A DNA stretch of 64,000 nt from an uncultured Collinsella sp. (GTDB lineage Bacteria; Actinomycetota; Coriobacteriia; Coriobacteriales; Coriobacteriaceae): the NCBI GenBank assembly GCA_900541875.1, contig UQLF01000002.1, positions 54,350 to 118,349 of the forward strand, given 5' to 3'. A model generated the notes under the pieces. That model was not told where the DNA came from, ran no database searches, and saw only the letters and a program-made list of their open reading frames with translations. Both the position numbers and the translations under genes were made by a program. Positions 56,053 to 64,000 of the stretch are shown one piece after another. Position 1 is the stretch's first letter, and each line of letters opens with the position of its first letter.

Positions 56053-57171
56053 ATGAACATTGGACACGCGCGCCGCAAAATTACCCCACAGGGCGACATC
56101 TACCTGATTGGCTACCGCAATCTTCCCAACCGTCTGGAGCCTGCGACAGGCGTCCATGACGACGTCTTCGCCAACGCGATTCTTTTCCAACAGGACGACC
56201 GCGAAGTTTTTCTCTTCAACGCCGATGTTCTCGAGTTTGAGGAAAGCATGGCCGAGGAGGTTAAGACGATGCTCGCCGAGCGCTACGGAATCGACCGTGA
56301 TTGCGTCCTGCTCTCCGCGACGCACGACCACACTTCGATCGTCGCCTACCATCGCAGCTGGTGGACGGGAAAATTCAACGAGGACTACTATCGCTGGTTC
56401 CTCGATACCATCTGTCAATGCTTCGAAGAGTGCCGCGCCAACGCGCGACCTGCGACCTGCCGCATGGGCAAAAAAGTCATCACCGGTTTCTACGACAACC
56501 GCATCATTCCCGGAGAGCTTGCCGACAATGAGGTTATCGTGGTGTCGTTCTTCGATGACGAAGGCAAATCGTTTGCGGGCTTTGTGAACTGGGCGGTGCA
56601 TTCTGCCTGTGTCGGACCCGACTGCACGGAGCTCACGAGCGAACTCGCCGGTCTTACCGGCAAAAAGCTCGCTCAGAGTCTTGGTTACTATCCGGCCATG
56701 GTCGTCGGTGCTGCTGGCGACTGTAGCGACCGCAATTTTCGCCAGGGACGCGGCATTCCCGAGGTTGAGCGTGTTTCGACCGGTCTTGCCGAGGCGATTT
56801 CCCAGATCAAGCTCGATCGCGAGGTCGTTCTTGACCGCATCGAGCCTCAGACGTTCTATCACACCGTTGCCCATGACGACTTTTCGCTCACGCTTAAGTG
56901 TGCCGTCATCAGTCTGGGCGGCCTGCATCTCTTTGTGTTCCCGAGTGAGCTTGGCAGCGACCTGGGCATTCGCATGAAGCGCGAATGCCCGGTCGAGGGA
57001 ATAGTCTGCGGTTACACCAACGGCTATTTTGAGTATTTCCTTCCGGCGCGCGAGTACGGCCTCTCCTTTGAGACCGAGCGTACTCAGATTCCCCAGGGTG
57101 AACCGGAACGTCTGTGTGATAAGTTCTGCCAGACGACGAGACTTCTCGGCGCAGCAGCTTCGCGTCTGTAG
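56053..57171 (+). CDS. neutral/alkaline ceramidase N-terminal-domain-like hydrolase paralogue
   Basis: Blocks GVHDDVFANAILFQQDDREVFLFNADVLEF and LLSATHDHTS parallel the ceramidase blocks GIHMRQWARAF..., TDLGMIF and ATHTHSGP. Confidence 0.5.
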   Translation: MNIGHARRKITPQGDIYLIGYRNLPNRLEPATGVHDDVFANAILFQQDDREVFLFNADVLEFEESMAEEVKTMLAERYGIDRDCVLLSATHDHTSIVAYHRSWWTGKFNEDYYRWFLDTICQCFEECRANARPATCRMGKKVITGFYDNRIIPGELADNEVIVVSFFDDEGKSFAGFVNWAVHSACVGPDCTELTSELAGLTGKKLAQSLGYYPAMVVGAAGDCSDRNFRQGRGIPEVERVSTGLAEAISQIKLDREVVLDRIEPQTFYHTVAHDDFSLTLKCAVISLGGLHLFVFPSELGSDLGIRMKRECPVEGIVCGYTNGYFEYFLPAREYGLSFETERTQIPQGEPERLCDKFCQTTRLLGAAASRL

Positions 57172-57364
57172 ACCTGATTGCGTGGCATGGGCCAATGAGG
57201 CTCACTGCCATGTGATCGGCATCTTCCATCTTCTCTGCCGTTTCCCATCCCGGGCGTACGTGCGTCCGCGGATTTCAAAGGGGGAAGCGGGTTCCTTGTC
57301 CTCCCACGTCGACTACGGAGGCATGAAATCTACGCTATGCCCCGCTCAGAAAAAGGAGAATTCC

Positions 57365-58807
57365 ATGAAATACCAGAAGCTTTGCGATGAAATCATCACA
57401 AGGGTCGGTGGTCGAGACAATGTGTTAGACGTGAGCCACTGCATTACGCGTCTCCGCTTCCACCTCAAGGATGAATCGCTCGCCCAGACCAATGAGCTTA
57501 AGGCGACGAAGGGCGTCGTTGACGTCATCCAGGCCGGCGGACAGTATCAGGTCGTGATTGGTGCCACTGTCGAGGCCGTCTACAACGACCTTGTTCAGAT
57601 TGGCGGGTTCGACGCCAAGCCTGCGCTTGATATCGATGAGGGCGACGACGTCAAAAAGGGCGATCCATTCTCGCGTCTGCTTGCCATCATCTCCGAGATC
57701 CTGCAACCGGTTCTTGGCGTGCTTATGGCCGGTGGCTTTATCAAGTCGATGCTCGCGCTCTGCACGGTTGCCGGTTGGCTTGCCAAGGACAGCAATACGT
57801 ATGTGACGCTCTCGGCAATCGGAGATTCGGTCTTCTATTACTTTCCGCTAATCATTGGCTGGACGTCGGCCAAGAAGTTCGGACTTAAGCCCGTTATGGG
57901 AATGGCGCTCGGCGGTATCCTTGTCTACCCGACGCTCGTTGCCCTTATGGGTGGAGATCCGCTCTACACGCTCGGCGCCGGTACGGTCTTCGAGTCCAAT
58001 GTCTACGGTGATATTTTTGGCATCCCGCTAATCATGCAGAATTACTCATCGACGATTCTGCCTGCGATCTTTATCGTCTGGATTGCCTCCAAGGTGCACA
58101 AGGCCCTTTCTAACGCGTTGCCCGCGCTTGTGAGTTCGTTCTTCTCCAACATCCTGACGCTCCTCATTTGCGGCATCCTTGGCCTGCTTGTGGTCGGTCC
58201 GGTCATGACGGTCCTCTCCAATATCGTTGCCCAGATCATCTTGATGCTCATCAACTTCCAGCCCGCCATCGCCGGCTTCGTCATCGGCACGTTCTGGAGC
58301 CTGCTCGTCATGTTCGGCCTGCACTGGGGTATCATCCCGCTGTGGTTTCTCGATGTCGCAACCTACGGCTATGACCTCATTAACCCGCTCGTGTATGCAG
58401 TCGGTTGTGCCATCGCCGGTGCTGCGCTTGGCATGGTCATCCGAACCAAGGACTCCGAGGAAAATGCTGCCGTCAACATTCCCGCCCTTGTCTCTTCGAT
58501 TTTCGGTGTCAACGAGCCTGCGCTTTACGCCATCTTGCTGCCGCGTAAGCGTCTTATGTGGGCAACCTTTATTTCCGCTGGTGTAGGCGGCGCCATTGCC
58601 GGTCTCTTGGGTGCCAAACTCTATGCCTTCGGTGCCTCCGGCCCGCTCGGTTTCCCGAGCTTTATTAACCCTGCCGGCATCGACACGGGCTTTATCGGCC
58701 TTGTCATCTCCGGTGTGGTCGCTTTCGTTCTGGCTCTTGTCGCCGCTATGGTGATCGGTACCAGGAAGGACGAGGGCGGTAAGGCGCTCAACATCTCGGT
58801 GGACTAG
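57365..58807 (+). CDS. PTS transporter subunit EIICB (glucose/beta-glucoside/N-acetylmuramate family)
   Basis: EIIB phosphocysteine motif CITRLRF near the N-terminus, followed by a polytopic EIIC domain. RBS AAGGAG before the ATG at 57365. Confidence 0.85.
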   Translation: MKYQKLCDEIITRVGGRDNVLDVSHCITRLRFHLKDESLAQTNELKATKGVVDVIQAGGQYQVVIGATVEAVYNDLVQIGGFDAKPALDIDEGDDVKKGDPFSRLLAIISEILQPVLGVLMAGGFIKSMLALCTVAGWLAKDSNTYVTLSAIGDSVFYYFPLIIGWTSAKKFGLKPVMGMALGGILVYPTLVALMGGDPLYTLGAGTVFESNVYGDIFGIPLIMQNYSSTILPAIFIVWIASKVHKALSNALPALVSSFFSNILTLLICGILGLLVVGPVMTVLSNIVAQIILMLINFQPAIAGFVIGTFWSLLVMFGLHWGIIPLWFLDVATYGYDLINPLVYAVGCAIAGAALGMVIRTKDSEENAAVNIPALVSSIFGVNEPALYAILLPRKRLMWATFISAGVGGAIAGLLGAKLYAFGASGPLGFPSFINPAGIDTGFIGLVISGVVAFVLALVAAMVIGTRKDEGGKALNISVD

Positions 58808-58825
58808 TCTGTCTGCGCACTTTAA

Positions 58826-58878
58826 CTAAATATGCCTCGGACGGCGACGTGCCGCCCGAGGCACATTTGTGTTTTGTG
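58826..58878 (+). terminator. intrinsic terminator after the PTS gene
   Basis: ATGCCTCGGACGGCG-acgtg-CCGCCCGAGGCACATTTGTGTTTTGTG. Confidence 0.7.
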
Positions 58879-58930
58879 CCGTTGTCAACGTGTTTGCGGA
58901 CACAAGTCTACGGTTGTGGAGCAGCGGGGA

Positions 58931-59854
58931 TTATGACGGTCGTGCCGCGGCGGAAGACGCACGGTCGCCCTGCAGGAGCTGACGGTAGGGGAGGAAGCCG
59001 ATGAACGAGACGACCGCCTGCGAGTGCGCGGCGTTCCGCTTGAGGTAGAGCCTGACCTCGGAGGTCGTCGCGGGCTCAAGCGGCACCAGGGCTACCTTTC
59101 CGCTGGCAAGCGATTCCGCCGGCTTGCGCATGAGGAATGAGACACCGGCGTCGCGTGCGACAAGAGAGATGATGTTCTCGGCTCGTTTGCCGGTGAACGT
59201 AACACGTGGGCCAAATCCAGCTTCTCGACAAAGGGAAAGGACGAGCTCGCTTACGAACGAGCCTTGGGGAAGCATGAGGAAATTCTCGTCGATAAGGTCG
59301 TCTATCTCGACGGTGTCACGTTCGGCGAGCGGATGGTCGAGCGGAAGGACGGCCACGAGCCGGTCGGTCGTAAAGGGAATCTTTTTGAACTCCGGCTCGA
59401 TGGCGCCGCTGTCACGGATGAAGGCCAGGTCAATGTCCTCGTGCAGGAGCATACGCTTGAGTGTGTCGCCCTCGCCTTCGATGAGCTCGACAGAATATGA
59501 GGGGTTCGCCTGCTGAAAATCGATGACGGCGTCCGTGATCCCATAAGGGGCCATAATGGGGATAGAACCTACGGTGAGGTGCTCGAGCGGCTCACCTGCG
59601 CCAATTTGAATGGCGGCAAGATAGCGGTGCTGAAGCGTCGCAATTTTTTGCGCATAGGGGAGGAGCGCTTCACCTTGCGCGGTGAGTGTTACGTGGCGCT
59701 GGCTTCGATCGATGAGCTTACAGCCGAGTTCGTGCTCCATTGCCATGATGTGCTTGGAGAGGGTTGATTGCGACATGAAAAGCAGTTCCGCCGCATCAAG
59801 AAACGTGCGTGACTGTGCTAAGATGGCGAATTCGCCAAAGCGGCTGATATCCAT
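58931..59854 (-). CDS. LysR family transcriptional regulator
   Basis: HTH RTFLDAAELLFMSQSTLSKHIMAME. Confidence 0.85.
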   Translation of the reverse strand: MDISRFGEFAILAQSRTFLDAAELLFMSQSTLSKHIMAMEHELGCKLIDRSQRHVTLTAQGEALLPYAQKIATLQHRYLAAIQIGAGEPLEHLTVGSIPIMAPYGITDAVIDFQQANPSYSVELIEGEGDTLKRMLLHEDIDLAFIRDSGAIEPEFKKIPFTTDRLVAVLPLDHPLAERDTVEIDDLIDENFLMLPQGSFVSELVLSLCREAGFGPRVTFTGKRAENIISLVARDAGVSFLMRKPAESLASGKVALVPLEPATTSEVRLYLKRNAAHSQAVVSFIGFLPYRQLLQGDRASSAAARPS

Positions 59855-59890
59855 AGGGAGGCCTCCGGTACCCTCATTTTGGCAGGTGGC

Positions 59891-60301
59891 CTAAACCACG
59901 ACGCCATTGCAGTGGTCGATTTCGTGCTGGATGATCTCGGCGGTGTAGCCCGAGAAGTTTTTGATGCGGTGAACGAAGTTCTCGTCCAAATACTCAACCT
60001 TAATGCGGCGATAGCGGGTGCAGGGACGCTCGCCGATCAGCGAGAGGCATCCTTCGCTCGTCTGATAGGCATTGACCTGTTCAAGAATTTGAGGGTTGTA
60101 CATCAGGAGCGCCCTGTTGCCGTCCTTTACGCAGATGATGCGTTTGCGCACACCGATCATGTTGGCGGCGAGTCCCACGCACTCGTGCTCATGCTCGTGG
60201 AGCGTATCCAGGAGATCCTGCCCGGTCGCGGCATCGTCGGGTCCCGCGTCTTCGGAAGGCAGACGCAAAAAGAACTCGGATTTCATGATGGGCTTAATCA
60301 T
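59891..60301 (-). CDS. def: short peptide deformylase paralogue (Gln-to-Met in motif I)
   Basis: Motif I reads GLAANMIG where canonical PDF has GΦGΦAAxQ. Motif II SEGCLS. Motif III QHEIDHCNG. RBS GAGGAG before the ATG at 60301. 136 aa. Confidence 0.7.
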   Translation of the reverse strand: MIKPIMKSEFFLRLPSEDAGPDDAATGQDLLDTLHEHEHECVGLAANMIGVRKRIICVKDGNRALLMYNPQILEQVNAYQTSEGCLSLIGERPCTRYRRIKVEYLDENFVHRIKNFSGYTAEIIQHEIDHCNGVVV

Positions 60302-60505
60302 GGCGGGCTCCTCATGTCTTATGCTTTCGTGGACTTTTAATAATAGCGCGGAAGGAAAGCTGTGCGTCCGCGTTACAATCTTTCGACGTTGGACCATGTT
60401 GTCAGACTCGTCGAGTACGGCGTCTGGCGTAAGTCTAGGGCTCATTTTTCGCCCTGGACTGTTCCTCTGGGGCGATGCGACTGTCGTTCCAAGAGGAAGG
60501 AAATG

Positions 60506-61922
60506 CATGGGGAGCAAATCTCAGCAACAAGTTCAAGTAGCGCCATCGGCCACTGCGGCGATTCTCGTCGTAATGTATATTGCAGCCTTTGTTGCCGCGT
60601 TTAACGAGAACATCATTAACGTGGCGTTGCACGACATTATGGCGGCCTTTTCGGTGAGTGCCACCACGGCGCAGTGGCTCGTTTCGGGCTACATGATCGT
60701 GACGTCGATCTTTACGGCCATCATGGCCTTCCTGTCCGGCCGTTTCTCGACGCGCAAGCTGCTGTTTTTCGCATGCGGATGCATGGTCGCCGGCGAAGTC
60801 CTGTGCCTGTTCGCTCCGTCATTTAGCGTTTTGCTGCCAAGCCGTATTTTGCAGGCTGCGGGATCGGGCATCTTGTTCCCGCTCATGATGAACGTGGTGC
60901 TGTCTTGCGCTCCGCGCGAGAAGCTCGGTCTCTATCTGAGCCTGGGCGGAGCCTGCATTACGCTGGGGCCGGCGTTTGGACCCGTGATCAGCGGTCTTAT
61001 GTGCACGTTGTTTGGCTGGAGGGCGGTGTTCGTAGTGCCGCTGGTGGGCGGCATTGTGGTCGCTGCGGCGGGCGTAAAGCTTGTTCAGAATGTCGGAGAG
61101 CGTTCGAACGCCACGCTTGATATTCTGTCGGTTGTTTTGCTCGCCGCCGGTATTACGGCATTTGTGTATTCCGTAGGCGAGTTCTCGACCAATCTGATTG
61201 CCGGTATCGTGACGCTTTTCGCCGCCATTGTGCTGCTCGGCCTGTTTGCGGCCCGCCAGCTCAAGCTCGAGCATCCGGTGCTTAACGTGCGTCCCATGGC
61301 GAGCGTTCGTTTTTGGCCTGCGTGTCTGCTTGTGGTGGTGTCGATGATGACGACGTTCTCGATGAGCGTTTTGTTGCCGCTCTATTTTGAGGGCGCATAC
61401 GGCATGACCGCACTTGTTGCGGGCTTGCTCATTTTGCCGGCGATTGCCTGCAACGCCGTGACCTCGATTGTGGGCGGACGCGTGATGGACGCCCGTGGCG
61501 CATGGCCGCTGCTGCCGGTCGGCTTTGCCCTGATTGCCGTGGGGCAGACTGCCATCTCGATGACGGCGGCAAGCATGAACATCGGCGTTGTCGTGGCACT
61601 GACCGTTGTGGTGTATGCCGGAGTCGGTTTGGTGCTGAGTCCCTCGCAGACGGCCGGCTTGGAGACGCTGCCTGCCGCTGAGCATCCCCACGGAACGGCA
61701 TTGCTCAACACGTGGAACATGATTGCCGCATCGTTTGGTCCGTCGTTGTTTATCGGTCTGCTCTCGAGTTCTGCGGCGACCGCCGGCGCCGCTGGCGTTG
61801 TGACCGACGTTGCCCAGGCGATTGGATTTGCAGCTGCCGTGCGTGTGGCGGCTGTAATTGCCGTGGTCGGGTTCGTGGCGTCGCTGGTGTACGCTCGTCG
61901 CGAGTCGCACATGTCGCATTAA
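60506..61922 (+). CDS. MFS transporter (DHA2-like, 14 TM)
   Basis: Starts MGSKSQQQVQVAPSATAAILVVMYIAAFVAAFNENIINVAL. RBS GGAAGGAAA before the ATG at 60506. The upstream part of the track ORF is antisense to def. Confidence 0.85.
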
Positions 61923-62074
61923 TGTGTGCACATAGATTCTGCAGCTAGATTAGATGACGACACCATAAACTAGTGGACGTTTTGCCGAGAGGCATGAATG
62001 TTTAAAGCGCAAAGAGTGCGCGACGGGCCCCGCGAATGGGGCGATGATGCCCGAGAGGGCCAAGAAGGAGTCTC

Positions 62075-62986
62075 ATGTCCGAGAACGAAGAGATCATGAA
62101 CGAGACCGAGAACGAGACCGTGGCTGCCGAGGTTGAGGCAGTCGAGACCGTGGAGACCGAAGCTGCCGAGGTTGAGGCTGCTGACGAGGTTTCCGCCGAG
62201 GAGGAGGCCGAGGTTGTCGAGGCCGCCGTTGATTACGATGACGAAGAGCTGATGGACAAGATGCAGAAGGCCGCCCGCCTGCTGCGTAGCCGTCGCTTTG
62301 CTATTTCCAAAGAGGAGGAGGCCAAGGCCGAGCGCATGGCGAACATCGAGCGCGCCATCAAGCTCCTTGACCTCAAGCCCAAGATGGAGCAGAGGGAAAT
62401 GTCCGACCTGTTGGGCATGCGCCTTCGTGAGCTCGATGGCCTGATGGCCGAGGCTGAGGCTGCCGATCTGGTTGGCCGCATCGACGACGCCGAGGGCGAT
62501 ATGCGCAAGATCGTTGTCTTCGCTGCCGAGGATGCCGCTGAGGGCCTGGTCGAGCTTGCCAACAAGAAGGAGAAGCTCCTGCCCGAGCTTTCTTACGAGG
62601 AGGCTACCGAGCTGATGGCCGCTCTCGATAAGGTCATCGCTCCGCTCGTCGCCATGGGCCTGGACGAGGACCGCGGTCCTCGCGGCGGTCGTGACGATCG
62701 CGGTGGCCGTGGCGGCGACCGTGGCGGTCGCGGCGGCTTTGGCGATCGCGGTGGCCGTGGCGGTGACCGCGGTGGTCGTGGCGGCGACCGTGGCGGCCGT
62801 GGCGGCTTTGGTGACCGTGGCGGCGACCGTGGCGGTCGCGGCGGCTTTGGCGGCAACCGTGGTGGCTATGGCGATCGCGGTGGCAACCGTGGTGGCTTTG
62901 GCGGCAACCGTGGTAACGACCGCGGCGGTCGCGGTGGCGATCGTGGCGGCCGCAACGGCGGCGGTTTCCGCGGCAACCGTTTTTAG
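62075..62986 (+). CDS. hypothetical protein with acidic N-terminal tail and C-terminal glycine-arginine-rich (RGG/GGDRGGRGG) repeat domain
   Basis: N-terminus MSENEEIMNETENETVAAEVEAVETVETEAAEVEAADEVSAEEEAEVVEAAV. C-terminus is [GGDRGGRGG(F)]n x about 10. Confidence 0.65.
   Translation: MSENEEIMNETENETVAAEVEAVETVETEAAEVEAADEVSAEEEAEVVEAAVDYDDEELMDKMQKAARLLRSRRFAISKEEEAKAERMANIERAIKLLDLKPKMEQREMSDLLGMRLRELDGLMAEAEAADLVGRIDDAEGDMRKIVVFAAEDAAEGLVELANKKEKLLPELSYEEATELMAALDKVIAPLVAMGLDEDRGPRGGRDDRGGRGGDRGGRGGFGDRGGRGGDRGGRGGDRGGRGGFGDRGGDRGGRGGFGGNRGGYGDRGGNRGGFGGNRGNDRGGRGGDRGGRNGGGFRGNRF
62695..62960 (+). repeat. in-frame tandem 27-nt (9-codon) repeats encoding the GGDRGGRGG units
   Basis: gaccgtggcggtcgcggcggctttggc... 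is repeated with synonymous drift. Confidence 0.8.
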
Positions 62987-62988
62987 GG

Positions 62989-63015
62989 GTTACGCGGTTC
63001 TACGAACCGCGTAAC
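62989..63015. terminator. hairpin GTTACGCGGTTC-tac-GAACCGCGTAAC after the RGG-protein gene
   Basis: Perfect 12-bp stem preceded by TTTTT. It is oriented as a minus-strand terminator and is also usable as a plus-strand stem. Confidence 0.5.
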
Positions 63016-63020
63016 TAGTT

Positions 63021-63130
63021 GACGCTGCGCGCCCACCAGAGCGACAACTTGTCATTCAAAGAGGACGGCATGACCAGAAGGTCTATGCCGTCCTCTTTTC
63101 ATGCCAATTTGTTCGCTCTGGTGGGCGCTC
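63021..63130. repeat. long imperfect palindrome (about 45-bp arms)
   Basis: Arms are GCGCCCACCAGAGCGACAACTTGTCATTCAAAGAGGACGGCAT and ATGCCGTCCTCTTTTCATGCCAATTTGTTCGCTCTGGTGGGCGC around a GACCAGAAGGTCT core. Confidence 0.65.
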
Positions 63131-63181
63131 GCTGTCGGTGTCAAAACATCGGCATTGCCATGATCCAGACCTGCTAAAAGA

Positions 63182-63237
63182 TAGTCGTTGGGGACGTTCT
63201 TGTTTGACTAGTCGTTTAAGAGCGTCCCCAACGACTA
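63182..63237. repeat. palindromic repeat family 1, copy C (degenerate: TAGTCGTTGGGGACGTTCTTGTTTGACTAGTCGTTTAAGAGCGTCCCCAACGACTA)
   Basis: Same architecture and GACTAGTC core as copies A and B, with five substitutions. Confidence 0.8.
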
Positions 63238-63332
63238 CATAGCATGAGAGTGGATAATCTTCCGGTTTGAGCCTGCATCCAAGTTCAAAGTGGGAGATTA
63301 TCCACTCTCATTTCGTTTGATGATTTCGATGC

Positions 63333-63920
63333 CTACATTTGGAGGAAGAGCTCGTGGAGGCGGGTGTCTTCGTCGAGTTCGGGGTGGAAGGTTACGCCGA
63401 GCTGGTTGCCCTGACGGGCGGCGACGATACGGCCGTCGACTTTCGCTAAGGCCTTGGCGTCGCCGTGGGCCTCGACGATGCGGGGCGCGCGGATGAACGT
63501 CAGCGGCACTTCACCGTCGATGCCGGTTACCTGCCCCTTGGTTCGAAAGCTACCGAGCTGCCTGCCGTAGGCATTGCGCTCGACAAGTACATCCATGGTT
63601 GCCAAACGCGGCGTGCCCTTATCGTCGTGGGCGGCAAGGTCGTGAGCCAGCAGAATCAGGCCGGCGCAGGTGCCCAGGACGGGCATGCCTTCAACGATAC
63701 GGGCGCGAAGCTCCTCGAGCATGCCCAACTCATCAAGCAGTTTCCCTTGAACGGTGGACTCGCCGCCAGGGAGGACCAGGCGATCAAAGTTCTGCTGCAA
63801 ATCGGCCGCCTGCCTCAGCTCAATACAACGTGCGCCCAGCTCGGATAGCCTTGCCTCGTGCTCGGCAAAAGCGCCTTGGACCGCCAGCACGGCGACCGTT
63901 TGGTCTGCATAATCGCTCAT
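63333..63920 (-). CDS. pdxT: pyridoxal 5'-phosphate synthase glutaminase subunit
   Basis: Class I glutamine amidotransferase blocks VAVLAVQGAFAEH, LVLPGGEST and GTCAGLIL. Confidence 0.9.
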   Translation of the reverse strand: MSDYADQTVAVLAVQGAFAEHEARLSELGARCIELRQAADLQQNFDRLVLPGGESTVQGKLLDELGMLEELRARIVEGMPVLGTCAGLILLAHDLAAHDDKGTPRLATMDVLVERNAYGRQLGSFRTKGQVTGIDGEVPLTFIRAPRIVEAHGDAKALAKVDGRIVAARQGNQLGVTFHPELDEDTRLHELFLQM

Positions 63921-63940
63921 GTGCGATCCTTTCTGCTGGA

Positions 63941-64000
63941 CTAGCGCCCGCGCTCCTCCATGATGATCTCGATCTCGTCAGCGTTGATGCCGACCATGGC
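63941..64000 (-). CDS. pdxS: pyridoxal 5'-phosphate synthase lyase subunit, C-terminal end only (gene continues beyond the window)
   Basis: Translated end ...AMVGINADEIEIIMEERGR* resembles the PdxS C-terminus. It sits immediately upstream of pdxT in the usual pdxST arrangement. Confidence 0.65.
   Translation of the reverse strand, partial: AMVGINADEIEIIMEERGR

Noticed and set aside
60096-60505. N-terminal 137 codons of the 608-aa track ORF
   Set aside because: This region is antisense to the def paralogue. The MFS transporter starts at the ATG at 60506, which has its own RBS.
62695-62960. CRISPR-like array
   Set aside because: The periodic repeats are in-frame 27-nt codon repeats inside a protein-coding gene and have no unique spacers. 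No cas genes and no true CRISPR arrays are present in the window.
1-64000. Mobile elements (IS, integrase, prophage) and rRNA/tRNA genes
   Set aside because: I found no transposase, integrase, recombinase or phage structural motifs. By eye I recognised no tRNA cloverleaf or rRNA. The only repeat content is the short palindromic families.

Overview
This is a 64-kb, high-GC (roughly 60%) chromosomal segment, densely coded on both strands, with many intrinsic terminators at convergent gene ends. The gene content points to a Gram-positive gut-associated anaerobe of Coriobacteriia/Actinobacteria type: a bile-salt-hydrolase-type Ntn hydrolase, a PTS transporter, many GGDEF/EAL proteins and LysR regulators. 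The organism call is inference. I can support about 60 protein-coding genes. They include two hybrid sensor kinases, a KcsA-like K+ channel, a ClC-like channel, a LOG protein, a ytrA-like GntR-ABC operon, prfC, a YhhQ queuosine-precursor transporter, ung, rlmA and rsmJ rRNA methyltransferases, and a TetM/EF-G-like translational GTPase. Further genes are an Arch-type ATPase tightly coupled to a class II UvrA paralogue, trmL, a CobW GTPase, two tandem multi-domain c-di-GMP proteins, patatin, thiM-ykoF-thiE behind a clear TPP riboswitch, a YxjG-type methionine synthase, two NCS2 permeases, kup, an XRE-HTH/AlaA-type aminotransferase in one frame, an amidohydrolase/ceramidase-like/PTS cluster, two short peptide-deformylase paralogues, an MFS transporter, an acidic/RGG-repeat protein, and pdxT with the end of pdxS. 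I saw no rRNA, tRNA, CRISPR array, transposase or integrase. The most interesting non-genic signal is three families of repeated palindromic elements. The first is a roughly 56-bp GACTAGTC-centred palindrome present three times. The second is an ACCTGCCAAAAAGGGACAGGT hairpin family present twice. The third is a TGTGACAAAGGGA palindrome that exactly brackets the ATPase/UvrA2 pair. The strongest candidates for an undescribed system are the ATPase + UvrB-binding-domain-less UvrA module next to the TetM-like GTPase, the HTH-aminotransferase fusion with its own dyad operator, and the PTS-linked ceramidase-like cluster. All protein family calls come from motif recognition by eye. No database search was run.
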